Shown in pieces: positions 6,620 to 16,468 of a stretch of DNA of 36,660 bases (positions are counted from its first letter, which is position 1; each line of letters begins with the position of its first letter). The notes under the pieces were generated by a model. It was not told the origin of the DNA and made no database searches. It worked only from the letters and a program-made list of their open reading frames with translations. The DNA is taken from contig JBBCAV010000133.1 of the NCBI GenBank assembly GCA_051382305.1, forward strand, positions 1 to 36,660, written 5' to 3'. The stretch is from Bdellovibrionota bacterium FG-2 (GTDB taxonomy: Bacteria; Bdellovibrionota; UBA1018). A program made the position numbers and the translations under genes.

Positions 6620-8062
6620 ATGAAACGCCCTCAAAACTCATCACTCAAGCACTACCTCACGAAGCAGATCACGCGTTGGTCCGTGGTAGGCCTGTCGGTA
6701 AGCTTGGTGCTTGCCGGTGTTGCCGTCGTTTACTTCGGAATGCTGTCGAGTATTGATCATTTACAATCCGTGTCTAAGGCCGCAGTCAAAGCATTTCGCC
6801 CGGCGCTCATTTCAACCAACAACGTGAAAGAAGTCGAGTTACAGATCAAGGACGCGTTTCAACTGAAACCTGGCGAATCGATTTTGATTCGAGATCCTGA
6901 TCTAAAACCATTTTACACATTGGGCAAAGGGGCAAAATCCCACCAAGAAGAGCCCACGTGTTCTGCGGACTCGCAAAAAGTGTGCTGGAATCTCAAGAAG
7001 AACCGCATCAGCACCCTGGTACCCATCTACTATGATCCCAGAACGCAGGAAATATATGGCTACCTTGAGGCTAATCTTGAACCGACCCTGAACCTCAAAC
7101 TTTTATCCGTCCTATTTATCTTGATCAGTGCCGGCTTCATGATTCAGTCCTTCGGCCTTTTGATAAAATTGGCCCGAATTACGGATACCGTAGGCGAAAG
7201 GCTCTCGGCCTGGGCAAATCACATCAAGAGTGACCCAAAAATGAAAATCACGGTGACAAATCTTCCCTTCTCTGATCTAAAGCCGATGCAAGAGGCGCTG
7301 GAGGGTCTCCGCGTTGAAATTGAGAAATTTGAAAGTGCCGCCAAAATTGGAGGTCAATTGACCGTCATTCGCGGCATCGCTCACGACATTCTATCCCCCG
7401 TTTCTCAACTGGATCGTCTGATTGCAACCTTGGGACTTCTGATTAAGAAGGAACAGCCAATCACGCCAGATCTCATGAACGAAATCAATCGCTCCTTAGC
7501 CAAAATATCCGACATTGCCAAGCAGGTTAAGGCGCTAAAGAGTGGAAGCTCAAACATGCCTGGTGAAACGGGCCTACCGATTCCTCCCGCTCACTGCAAT
7601 TTGTCTTCAGAACTTGCGACACTCATTCATGATCTCGAAAGATATGATGGCGAGCTCAAAGGCCACAAAATAAAACTCAACATCCAAACACAAGGTCCGC
7701 TCATGGCGGGGGTGTCGTCGAGTGACTGCCAGAGAATTATTGAAAATTTGATTCGAAATGCTGCCCACGCCTCTCGCACGGGCAGTACAATCAACGTCGA
7801 TCTTGCAGCGAATGAAGGAGGCCCTTTCGTGAGCGTTCGCGATGAGGGTTCCGGAGTTTCAGACGAAATTCGAGAGAAGATTTTCAATGTAGATTTCACC
7901 ACGAAGGCTGGGCGAGGTACGGGGCTTGGACTTCCGACGGTGCAATATCTTTGTGATAAAAATGGAGCCAAGATCGACTTCTCAAGCCACGTGGGCCATG
8001 GCTCAGAATTTAGCGTCCTTTTTAGACCGACTAACCCAGCCGATACAGGAGAACACCTATGA
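6620..8062 (+). CDS. membrane-bound sensor histidine kinase
   Basis: Two TM segments flank a periplasmic domain. H-box IAHDILSPV, N-box ENLIRNA, G1 DEGSGV, F-box IFNVDFTTK, G2 GTGLGL. ATG at 6620 preferred over TTG at 6566. Confidence 0.93.
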   Translation: MKRPQNSSLKHYLTKQITRWSVVGLSVSLVLAGVAVVYFGMLSSIDHLQSVSKAAVKAFRPALISTNNVKEVELQIKDAFQLKPGESILIRDPDLKPFYTLGKGAKSHQEEPTCSADSQKVCWNLKKNRISTLVPIYYDPRTQEIYGYLEANLEPTLNLKLLSVLFILISAGFMIQSFGLLIKLARITDTVGERLSAWANHIKSDPKMKITVTNLPFSDLKPMQEALEGLRVEIEKFESAAKIGGQLTVIRGIAHDILSPVSQLDRLIATLGLLIKKEQPITPDLMNEINRSLAKISDIAKQVKALKSGSSNMPGETGLPIPPAHCNLSSELATLIHDLERYDGELKGHKIKLNIQTQGPLMAGVSSSDCQRIIENLIRNAAHASRTGSTINVDLAANEGGPFVSVRDEGSGVSDEIREKIFNVDFTTKAGRGTGLGLPTVQYLCDKNGAKIDFSSHVGHGSEFSVLFRPTNPADTGEHL

Positions 8063-9423
8063 GTTACCGAATCTTGATCATTGATGATGACAAAGCCAAC
8101 ATCACTTCCACCAAGCTCTATTTGGAAGCGCAAGGTTATCGTGTAGATGGCGCGACGTCCGGAAAATCCGCGCTTGAAATGCTTCATAAGAACAACAGCC
8201 GGTACGCCCTCATTTTGATGGACTACTTCATGCCTGAGCTAAATGGAATTGAAACGGCTAAAGCGGTTTTGGCTCTTAATCCCGACCAGCTCATCACGAT
8301 GTACTCTTGTGACGACGCCAAGGATCTTGTTAAAGAAGCCATGCGCGTCGGCATCTCCGACTACATCGAAAAGGATCTCCCTTCTGAAAAGCTTTTAGAG
8401 CGCATCCAAGGGTTGTGTGAAAAGTATGAGCGCACGACAAAGCTAATTGAAGTAGCGCCGGTCGCCCCCGAAGAGAGCAAAAAGATCCTTGGGCTGATTG
8501 GCACTTCTCGCGTGATGGCTCAAGTGAAATCGACCATTGGAAAGTACGCAGCAGAGAATCAAACTGTGCTCATTACCGGAGAGACGGGCACGGGCAAAGA
8601 AGTCGTGGCGAAAGCCATTCATCAATTAAGCCCGCGCGCTAATAACTCCTTCATCGGACTCAATTGCGCCGCTATTCCGGAAAACCTGCTCGAATCCACC
8701 CTATTTGGTCATGAAAAAGGGTCATTCACGGGGGCGATTAGGAGTCAGGTTGGGAAATTTGTTTTGGCAAACCACGGCACTCTATTTTTGGACGAAATCG
8801 GAGACCTATCCCTTGATCTTCAAGTTAAACTTTTGCGAGTGCTTCAAGAGCGCATGGTTGAACCTGTCGGATCAAATGTGCCGGTCAAAGTGGATGTTCG
8901 AATCATCACAGCCACCCACAAAAATCTTGAGCAGCTTGTCAAAGAAGGAAAGTTTCGTGAGGATCTTTACTACCGTCTCAACGTCCTCACGATGGACATC
9001 CCGCCCCTGCGGCAAAGAAAAGAGGATATTGAACCGCTGATTGCGCATTTTACCGAGATGTCTAATCGCGAAAGAGGTGTTGAGATGGGCTTTGAGCGAA
9101 GCACCCTTTCAATTTTGACTGAATACCCATGGCCCGGAAACGTTAGGGAGTTGCGCCACGCGGTCGAGTCTCACCTCATTCGTTGCCCCGGAAAAACAGT
9201 GAAGACAGAACATCTGGACAGTAAGTTTGATAAAAAAGAAAAAGTCCAGACCCTTAAAGGTTTTGGTGAAAAACAACGGGCCGAGCTAAAACGGTTTATC
9301 GAATCCCATCTCAAAACTGCCAAAACTTCAAAGACCACCCAATCCGAGGCCGCTAGAAAAATGGGAATTACCCCCAGCAAGTTGCACTATTACTTGGATG
9401 CTTATGGTATCGTTCCGGAGTGA
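8059..9423 (+). CDS. sigma54-dependent response regulator (NtrC/AtoC family; REC-AAA+-HTH)
   Basis: REC (IIDDD, MDYFMP), Walker A GETGTGKE, GSFTGA loop, Walker B LFLDEIG, FREDLYYRL, WPGNVREL, C-terminal Fis-type HTH. ATGA overlap with the kinase. Confidence 0.96.
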   Translation: MSYRILIIDDDKANITSTKLYLEAQGYRVDGATSGKSALEMLHKNNSRYALILMDYFMPELNGIETAKAVLALNPDQLITMYSCDDAKDLVKEAMRVGISDYIEKDLPSEKLLERIQGLCEKYERTTKLIEVAPVAPEESKKILGLIGTSRVMAQVKSTIGKYAAENQTVLITGETGTGKEVVAKAIHQLSPRANNSFIGLNCAAIPENLLESTLFGHEKGSFTGAIRSQVGKFVLANHGTLFLDEIGDLSLDLQVKLLRVLQERMVEPVGSNVPVKVDVRIITATHKNLEQLVKEGKFREDLYYRLNVLTMDIPPLRQRKEDIEPLIAHFTEMSNRERGVEMGFERSTLSILTEYPWPGNVRELRHAVESHLIRCPGKTVKTEHLDSKFDKKEKVQTLKGFGEKQRAELKRFIESHLKTAKTSKTTQSEAARKMGITPSKLHYYLDAYGIVPE

Positions 9424-10193
9424 ATACGGAAACGCTTGAGCTTCTCTTTAATCGGACTTCGGTAAGGGACTTTTTGAACAAGGTAGTTCCTGATGAAGTC
9501 TTGTCGAAAATCCTTGAGATGGGCACGAGGGCTCCTTCGGGCGGAAACCTCCAGAGCTATGGCATCATTGTCACTCAAGATCCGGATCGAAGGAAGGCTC
9601 TAGGGGAGATTCACTTCGGACAACCGATGTTTCTGACCGCCCCCGTGATTTTGACTTTTTGTGTTGATGTTGAACGCAATTCCCGTTGGTGCAAGCTTCG
9701 TGGCGCCAACGCTGGGTTTGATAATCTCTGGGGGTTTTTACTGGGTATGGCTGACGCCTGGAGCGCTGCTCAGAACGTCGTCGTCGCCGCTGAATCCTTG
9801 GAACTCGGGTCATGCCACTCGGGCGCCACTTTTGTTCGAACATTGAGCCTCATTGATTTTTTTGGCTGCCCACGGGGGGTACTCCCAGTTGCGACACTCG
9901 TCCTGGGTTATCCTTCGAAGCGCACCGCACGTCGGGGCCGGCTCCCTCAACAAAGTGTAGTGCATGAGGAGACTTATCATCAGGCTAGCGACGACGTCCT
10001 TTTAGCGGCTTACCAAGCGCAAGAGGATGAAGGTTTTCGCTACTATGAAGGGCTCTACGAAAGAGTCGGAAAGAGCCAAGGCAAGATCGACCAGCTCGCA
10101 AAGATTTACACAGAGATCAAATACCGCGGCGAAGAGACATCACTTTTTTCGGAAAACTTCACAGCGGCTCTAAAAAAGCAGGGGTTTATTTGA
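9420..10193 (+). CDS. FMN-dependent nitroreductase-family oxidoreductase (NfsA/FRP-like)
   Basis: RTSVRDF, APSGGNLQ, AAQNVVVAAESLELGSC, LVLGYP, RLP..VVHEETY. GTGA overlap with the regulator stop codon. Confidence 0.9.
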   Translation: MNTETLELLFNRTSVRDFLNKVVPDEVLSKILEMGTRAPSGGNLQSYGIIVTQDPDRRKALGEIHFGQPMFLTAPVILTFCVDVERNSRWCKLRGANAGFDNLWGFLLGMADAWSAAQNVVVAAESLELGSCHSGATFVRTLSLIDFFGCPRGVLPVATLVLGYPSKRTARRGRLPQQSVVHEETYHQASDDVLLAAYQAQEDEGFRYYEGLYERVGKSQGKIDQLAKIYTEIKYRGEETSLFSENFTAALKKQGFI

Positions 10194-10199
10194 GGCCTT

Positions 10200-13100
10200 T
10201 TAATGACCCCGCTGCGCGTGCATTGACGGAGTAGGAATCTGGGCGCCTTCTTTCATCTCAAACTTCCACTTCCAAATGTGAAAAATAACCGGGTACACCA
10301 CAAGCTCCAGGATAAAACTCGTAACTAGCCCACCAACCATCGGAGCCGCAATTCTTCGCATCACATCGCTTCCGGCCCCTGATGACCACATGATGGGGAG
10401 CAAGCCCATGAACGCCGCCATTACCGTCATCATCTTGGGCCTAATTCGTCTAACAGCCCCATGCAAAATCGCCTCATCCAGGTCTGCTTTCGTTCTCATT
10501 GTTCCGGCTCGCACATGATCTTCATAAGCAATATCCAGATAAAGGAGCATAAAGACGCCTGTCTCAGCATCAAGCCCCATGAGGGCAATCATGCCTACCC
10601 AAACTGCAATGGAAATGTTGTAACCCAAAAGAAACAAAAGCCAAACACTGCCGACAAGTGAAAAGGGGACCGCCAAAAGAACAATTGCAGTTTTTACAGT
10701 CGATTTTGTATTCATGTAAAGAAGGAAAGCGATGATAAAAAGTGTGAGAGGGATAACGATTTTTAAGCGCTCTTTCACCCGGATCATGTTTTCATACTGC
10801 CCACTCCACACCAGTGTGTAGCCCGTCGGAACCTTCACTTTCTCTTCGACGATTTTCTTGGCTTCCTGAACATAACCCCCCACGTCCCGGCCCGCCATAT
10901 CCACATACACGTAACCTGCGAGTAACCCATTCTCGTTTCGCACCATCGCGGGGCCTTCGACCATTCGAATATCGGCAATCTGGGTAATCGGAATATGCGC
11001 ACCAGTAGGAGACGGAACTAAAACTCGTTTCAAGGAATTAATATCATCACGAAACTCTCGTGCGTAACGAACATTGATGGGATAGCGCTCGCGACCTTCA
11101 ACCGTATAACTGATGTTTTCTCCGCCGACCGCCGTATTGACGACCATTTGAGCATCGGCTACCGAGATCCCGTAACGGGCTAGTTCGTCGCGGTTTAAGA
11201 CAAAATCAAGATAGTAACCGCCAGCAGCTCTCTCCGCATAAACATTTCGCGTCCCGCTAACAGGGCGAAGCGCAAGTTCAATTTGCTCCCCGATGGCTTG
11301 AATTGTTTTAAGATCCTTGCCCATTACTTTTATCCCAATAGGGGTTCGGATTCCGGTTGAAAGCATGTCGATTCTATTTTTAATCGGCATTGTCCAGACA
11401 TTGGGGATTCCTGCAAACCGTAATTTGCTATTCATGTCATTTTGTAACTCTTCAAAGGTGCGATGAGCGGGAACAATCCACGAAAAGAGAGGATACATAA
11501 AATGGGGGAGCCGGGAATACCAACGATCGACTTCCGGCCACTCCGAAAGTGGCTTGAGAACCACCGTGGTTTCCACCATCGAAAAAGGCGCCGGATCTGT
11601 GGGCGTATCCGCTCGGCCCGCTTTCCCAAATACCGTGTCCACTTCCGGAAAGTCCTTAATAAGTTTGTCTTGAACTTGAAGAATACGCTTCGCTTCGGTG
11701 ACCGACATCCCTGGAAAAGCGGTGGGCATATAAAGGAAAGCGCCCTCATTCAAAGGCGGCATAAATTCAGAGCCCAGTTTCAAATACACCGGGATCGTTG
11801 TGAGCATCACAAGCAATGCACCGAGCAAAGTCGCCGTACTATGCTTTAATACAAATTTCACAACTGGCTCATAAATGCGGAACAAAACGACGCTTATCGG
11901 ATGCTTCTCCTCTGGATAGTATTTCCCGACTAATGTTTGGTTTCCAACCCAAACGACGCCATTTCGAATTCTCTCCAAAACAGAGCCTCTTCTTCTAGAG
12001 AGCGGAACGTAGCGAAAGTAATCCATCCTTGTAAACATCATACGAAGCGCGGGATCAACTGTGACTGCTAACAACGAGGCCAAACCCATAGCCAACGTTT
12101 TTGAAAAGGCCAGCGGCTTAAAAAGCCTTCCTTCTTGATCAACGAGCGTAAAAACGGGAAGAAATGAAACTGCGATCACTAAAAGTGAGAAGAATACTGA
12201 AGGCCCCACCTGCTTCAAGGCATTCAAACGAACAAGGTGAAAATCACCTTTCCGGCCAGACGAATCCCACTCCTCCAACTTCTTATAAGCATTTTCAACT
12301 TCGACAATCGCACCATCAACCAAAACGCCGATGGAAATCGCAATACCCGCGAGCGACATGATGTTGGTCGTAAGGCCCATGAAGTACATCGGGATAAAGG
12401 CGAGAAAAACAGAAATAGGAATCGTAAGAATCGGCACTGTCGCGGACGGAATATGCCAGAGGAAAAGCAGAATCACGAGGCTTACGATAATCACCTCGAC
12501 CTTTAGCTCATGTTTAAGCGTATCGATTGCCCGCGTAATTAAATCCGATCGATCATAGACGGGAACAATTTTAACCCCAGGAGGAAGGCTGGGTTTGAGT
12601 TCTTCAAGTCGAGCTTTTACAGCGTTAATTATGTTTAGGGCATTTTCACCCTGTCGCATTATCGCGACTCCACCGACCGTATCTCCCATGCCGTTAAAAT
12701 CAGTCACACCACGACGCATGTCAGGTCCAAGCTCGACACGTCCTAGGTGCTTTACAAGTATGGGGACGCCGGTTTTTGAGTCCGTTGTTACAACAATATT
12801 CTCAATATCCTCCTTATTTTTTACGTAACCACGCCCTCGGACCATGTATTCGGTTCCAGAGAATTCAAGAACCCGTCCGCCGGTATCGGTATTGCCTGAA
12901 CGAACTGCATTCACAACCTGCGCGATCGTCATTCCATAGGCGATGAGTTTATTGGGATCAATGTTGATTTGGTATTGTTTCACAAAACCGCCAACAGCTG
13001 CCACTTCGGCAACTCCGGGGACAGCTTGAAGGTGAAACTTTAGTTGCCAATCTTGAATACTGCGCAATTCTGACAAATTGAGCTGATTAGACTCATCAAT

Positions 13101-13529
13101 CAAAGCGTATTGGTAGACCCATCCCACGCTCGTGGCATCTGGACCAATCTCAGTTTTTACTTCAGCAGGTAATCGAGGCAAGATCTTGCTCAGGTATTCT
13201 AGGACACGAGATCTAGCCCAATAGAGGTCTGTCCCATCCTCAAAAATCACGTAGACATAAGAAAAGCCAAAATCAGATAATCCTCTCACTGCCTTGATCT
13301 TGGGGGCACCCAGAAGCGCCGTCACGATCGGATAGGTCACTTGATCTTCAAGAATATCCGGGGATCGATCCCACTTGGAGTAAATTATGACCTGAGTATC
13401 TGAGAGATCTGGGATCGCATCTAGTGGAATTGTCTTAAGGCACACGGATGCGCTGATGATTGCAACGCCTGTCAAAATAAAAACGAGCAGTTTATTATGA
13501 GCGCTCCATTCAATAATTCTCTCGACCAT
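10200..13529 (-). CDS. cusA: heavy-metal efflux RND permease, CusA/SilA type
   Basis: LDAIPDLSDTQV. Met sites GSEFMP, DPAPFSM, RIDMLSTG. VDGAIVEVEN and RIRPKMMT. Confidence 0.93.
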   Translation of the reverse strand: MVERIIEWSAHNKLLVFILTGVAIISASVCLKTIPLDAIPDLSDTQVIIYSKWDRSPDILEDQVTYPIVTALLGAPKIKAVRGLSDFGFSYVYVIFEDGTDLYWARSRVLEYLSKILPRLPAEVKTEIGPDATSVGWVYQYALIDESNQLNLSELRSIQDWQLKFHLQAVPGVAEVAAVGGFVKQYQINIDPNKLIAYGMTIAQVVNAVRSGNTDTGGRVLEFSGTEYMVRGRGYVKNKEDIENIVVTTDSKTGVPILVKHLGRVELGPDMRRGVTDFNGMGDTVGGVAIMRQGENALNIINAVKARLEELKPSLPPGVKIVPVYDRSDLITRAIDTLKHELKVEVIIVSLVILLFLWHIPSATVPILTIPISVFLAFIPMYFMGLTTNIMSLAGIAISIGVLVDGAIVEVENAYKKLEEWDSSGRKGDFHLVRLNALKQVGPSVFFSLLVIAVSFLPVFTLVDQEGRLFKPLAFSKTLAMGLASLLAVTVDPALRMMFTRMDYFRYVPLSRRRGSVLERIRNGVVWVGNQTLVGKYYPEEKHPISVVLFRIYEPVVKFVLKHSTATLLGALLVMLTTIPVYLKLGSEFMPPLNEGAFLYMPTAFPGMSVTEAKRILQVQDKLIKDFPEVDTVFGKAGRADTPTDPAPFSMVETTVVLKPLSEWPEVDRWYSRLPHFMYPLFSWIVPAHRTFEELQNDMNSKLRFAGIPNVWTMPIKNRIDMLSTGIRTPIGIKVMGKDLKTIQAIGEQIELALRPVSGTRNVYAERAAGGYYLDFVLNRDELARYGISVADAQMVVNTAVGGENISYTVEGRERYPINVRYAREFRDDINSLKRVLVPSPTGAHIPITQIADIRMVEGPAMVRNENGLLAGYVYVDMAGRDVGGYVQEAKKIVEEKVKVPTGYTLVWSGQYENMIRVKERLKIVIPLTLFIIAFLLYMNTKSTVKTAIVLLAVPFSLVGSVWLLFLLGYNISIAVWVGMIALMGLDAETGVFMLLYLDIAYEDHVRAGTMRTKADLDEAILHGAVRRIRPKMMTVMAAFMGLLPIMWSSGAGSDVMRRIAAPMVGGLVTSFILELVVYPVIFHIWKWKFEMKEGAQIPTPSMHAQRGH

Positions 13530-13531
13530 GG

Positions 13532-14827
13532 CTATTTACCTCCGCCCGAACTTCCGTGAACATGCGAAGGCGGTGGCGATGAATTAGGTGGCGCTTGAGG
13601 CGCGCTTTCCAAGACTCCTCGAAGTTTGGACTCGGAATCAATCAAGAAGTTTGCTGAAGTCACGATGGTGTCACCCTCATTTAGTCCAGAAAGTACTTCG
13701 TAATAACTTTGTGACTTTAACCCTGTCTGAATGGCGTGTGGCTCAAATCGCCCCTGATCCTTCACTACATATACAAAGGCCTTCTCACCTGAGAAAAGAA
13801 CAGCATTCTCAGGGACCGCAAGCTTTTCACCTAGATCAACCTTGATCTTTACATTCATAAAGGTATCCGGGCGCAGGAGGCCCTGGGGATCTGGAACCGA
13901 GGCTCTCACTCGAACCGTACGAGTCGGGGAATTGACCACGGGGTTGATGCTGGAGAGTTTGCCCATAAACACCTTGCCCGGAATCGATGGTGCTTCGACC
14001 TCAATTTTCAAGCCGGCCTTCAAGCCAGCGACTTCATACTCGAAAACTTCGGCGTAAACCCATACGGTCCCTTTTGGCAAAAGCAGATTCATGGCACTCG
14101 TTTTTCCTGTGCTCAATGTACGAATCTGGTCATCAGAAAGCCCCATTAACTTAAGTTTCGTTTTAGCGGAGCTGATCATCTCGTTAGCCTGCCCCTGCAT
14201 GAGATCATCCTTCATTTGGACTCTGGACATGAAGGCCTGCCGATACTCCTCTACTGCGGTAAAGAGATCAGGATCAAATGCAACTCTTCCACTTGCGCGC
14301 ACCTCATAGCCCAAGGGCCGGACGCTGACCTTAGCCGTCGTCACTCCGATCATCTGTTGTCTTTCCTGAGATAACGAAAAAGATCCTCTGCCTTGGATGC
14401 CTTGTTGGCTCGATGAAGCTGAACCCACAGTTTCGCCTTCGTCTTGATAAACGGGGATATAGTCCATCCCCATTGAATCCTTTGCAGGAGTTGGGGAAGT
14501 TATTTCGGGTTTCATAGGATTGCGGTAAAGAATGATTTTTCGTTCCTTTTTCACAACCGAGGTGGTTTCCCCTGTAACGGGGCTTGGATTAGAATGTGGC
14601 TCTTCGTTCTCGACCTTCTCAAGGTTCATGTGGCAAATGGGACAAATGTCTGGCTTATCTGATGTCACTGCCGGATGCATGGAACAACGATAGAGATCTT
14701 TCTTGATTTGTTCTATTTCTGTTTTAGACACGCTGATCGTGTTGCCAGACTTTTTTGTACAGGCCGCCCAAAAAACAACGGGAGCAATAAAAAAAGCCCC
14801 GAAAAGAAGTAATTTAAATTTATTCAT
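13532..14827 (-). CDS. cusB: CusB-like membrane fusion protein with heavy-metal-binding domains
   Basis: YRCSMHP...CPICHMNL and YRNPM..KDSMGMDYIPVY motifs, plus an MFP C-terminus (SANFLIDSES). Confidence 0.9.
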   Translation of the reverse strand: MNKFKLLLFGAFFIAPVVFWAACTKKSGNTISVSKTEIEQIKKDLYRCSMHPAVTSDKPDICPICHMNLEKVENEEPHSNPSPVTGETTSVVKKERKIILYRNPMKPEITSPTPAKDSMGMDYIPVYQDEGETVGSASSSQQGIQGRGSFSLSQERQQMIGVTTAKVSVRPLGYEVRASGRVAFDPDLFTAVEEYRQAFMSRVQMKDDLMQGQANEMISSAKTKLKLMGLSDDQIRTLSTGKTSAMNLLLPKGTVWVYAEVFEYEVAGLKAGLKIEVEAPSIPGKVFMGKLSSINPVVNSPTRTVRVRASVPDPQGLLRPDTFMNVKIKVDLGEKLAVPENAVLFSGEKAFVYVVKDQGRFEPHAIQTGLKSQSYYEVLSGLNEGDTIVTSANFLIDSESKLRGVLESAPQAPPNSSPPPSHVHGSSGGGK

Positions 14828-16146
14828 GGCTTTGCTCCTAGCGATTCTCCAATGAGTGCTTCAAATTCAGCTATCCTTGATTGATAACTGACCAGTGCTT
14901 CATTGTAGGCAAATTCAATTTGAAATCTATTGCGAATGAGGTTCACGACAGCAACATACTCTAATTTTCCAGTAAGATAAGAGGATTTTGCCGAAAGCAC
15001 AGCTTGCCTTGCCAGAGGAACCAGTCCCCCATCATATAGACGCATACGCTTGTCAGACTCCTCTAGGTCCGCATACATGGTCTTTACTTGATGATTAAGA
15101 TGAAGCCGTTCTTCGTCCAAAAGTTTTTCAGACCTCACCTTTTCAGCCGAAGCACTTCGGACCTCTTCAGATTGTTTGGAAAATGCCCAGAGCGGAATCG
15201 AAAGAGAGACCCCGCCGGAAATCAAATCAACCCCCCGATCACCCGGACTAGGCTGACGCTTCATATAGGCAACTCGAAACTCAAAATCTGGAAGACAGTT
15301 CCACTTCGCAAAAGAAAGTTTAGAATCAGATGCCGCTAACTCTGATTGCATCGCTCTTAGACTTGGATTCTTGATATGCATCTTCTCTAGAAGTGACTCC
15401 TCACTTAGTACCGAAAAATCAAATGACGGCTTGGGCGGAAGTTCAGGTCGCCCAAGAGCAGTTTCGCTCGGCCGCCCGACTGCTTGATTCAAATCTGCAG
15501 CTTTTACGCGGATTTTCTTCTCCGCCGTTAATAGCTCATCTCTCAAATTGCCTTCTTCTAACTGAAGGGCAAGGAGTTCTGCCTGTTGCGCTTTCCCAAG
15601 CGTATACTTGCTTCGAGTAATACTAATTAACTGCCCCATGAGAGAGACTTGCTCCGTTACGATATCCTTTTTTTTATAGGCTAGAAAAAGCTCGAAATAT
15701 GCAACCCGCACTTCTTTGATCAGTTCTAACTTCTTCTGACTGTAGCCCGCTGACTTTGCCGTATATTCATGTCGAGCAGCATTTCGAAGTTTGCTCAGTT
15801 TTCCTGGAAAAGGTATTTTCTGAGTAATCGAAAACTCGTTTCCAGTCATCCCAAGCTCTCCCGGCGATAAAGTGTCGCTAGGATAATTGAGTGCTGAATA
15901 TCCCAACATCGGGTCATCGTAGGATCCCCTTGGCCCAATCTCTGCTTCTTTGGCAATGGCTTCGTACTTTACCGCCTCTAGGGCCGGACGATTCTTGAGA
16001 GCTTCTTCGATCAGATTTTGAAGTGTTTCTTGGGATTCCTCTTGTGCCTTTGCAGCATGAGATCCGAATGCGACACACCCTACGGCAAATATCACCAAGG
16101 TGGCGGTAAACATTCTAATCCATTTAAGTTTCAGTCTCGTTCTCAT
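14824..16146 (-). CDS. TolC-family outer membrane factor (CusC-like)
   Basis: Signal peptide, QKIPFPGK motif, OMF helical pattern. First gene of the C-B-A operon. Confidence 0.9.
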   Translation of the reverse strand: MRTRLKLKWIRMFTATLVIFAVGCVAFGSHAAKAQEESQETLQNLIEEALKNRPALEAVKYEAIAKEAEIGPRGSYDDPMLGYSALNYPSDTLSPGELGMTGNEFSITQKIPFPGKLSKLRNAARHEYTAKSAGYSQKKLELIKEVRVAYFELFLAYKKKDIVTEQVSLMGQLISITRSKYTLGKAQQAELLALQLEEGNLRDELLTAEKKIRVKAADLNQAVGRPSETALGRPELPPKPSFDFSVLSEESLLEKMHIKNPSLRAMQSELAASDSKLSFAKWNCLPDFEFRVAYMKRQPSPGDRGVDLISGGVSLSIPLWAFSKQSEEVRSASAEKVRSEKLLDEERLHLNHQVKTMYADLEESDKRMRLYDGGLVPLARQAVLSAKSSYLTGKLEYVAVVNLIRNRFQIEFAYNEALVSYQSRIAEFEALIGESLGAKP

Positions 16147-16187
16147 GAATAACCTTTTGTTGCGCGTACATATTTATTTCAAAAGGG

Positions 16188-16216
16188 AATACGTGGCCGT
16201 ACGATGATTTGTGACA
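16188..16216 (-). promoter_or_regulatory. ECF-type promoter for the first cusCBA operon
   Basis: Minus strand TGTCACA-AATCATCGTACGGCCA-CGTATT (16-nt spacer). Confidence 0.8.
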
Positions 16217-16380
16217 CACACCTATTTTTTTACTCCTAATTCAGCACACGGCCCATGGCCCGTCCACACGGCACACTGCGTTCAGCTTGTTGGTCTACAT
16301 TTAAGCTTAACCTCTTCGACTTGTGAATTACAGTGGTTTCATATAGATACACTAGATCAGTAACGAATATTAAACCGCGC

Positions 16381-16409
16381 TGTCACAACTGGATCTTCCC
16401 GAGCGTATT
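16381..16409 (+). promoter_or_regulatory. ECF-type autoregulatory promoter of the sigma operon
   Basis: TGTCACA-ACTGGATCTTCCCGAG-CGTATT (16-nt spacer). Confidence 0.8.
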
Positions 16410-16468
16410 AGAAAGTGAAGGAAGGCGAAGGTAGTCGGTCGACAGCAAATAAGGGGCCGGCACTGGCA

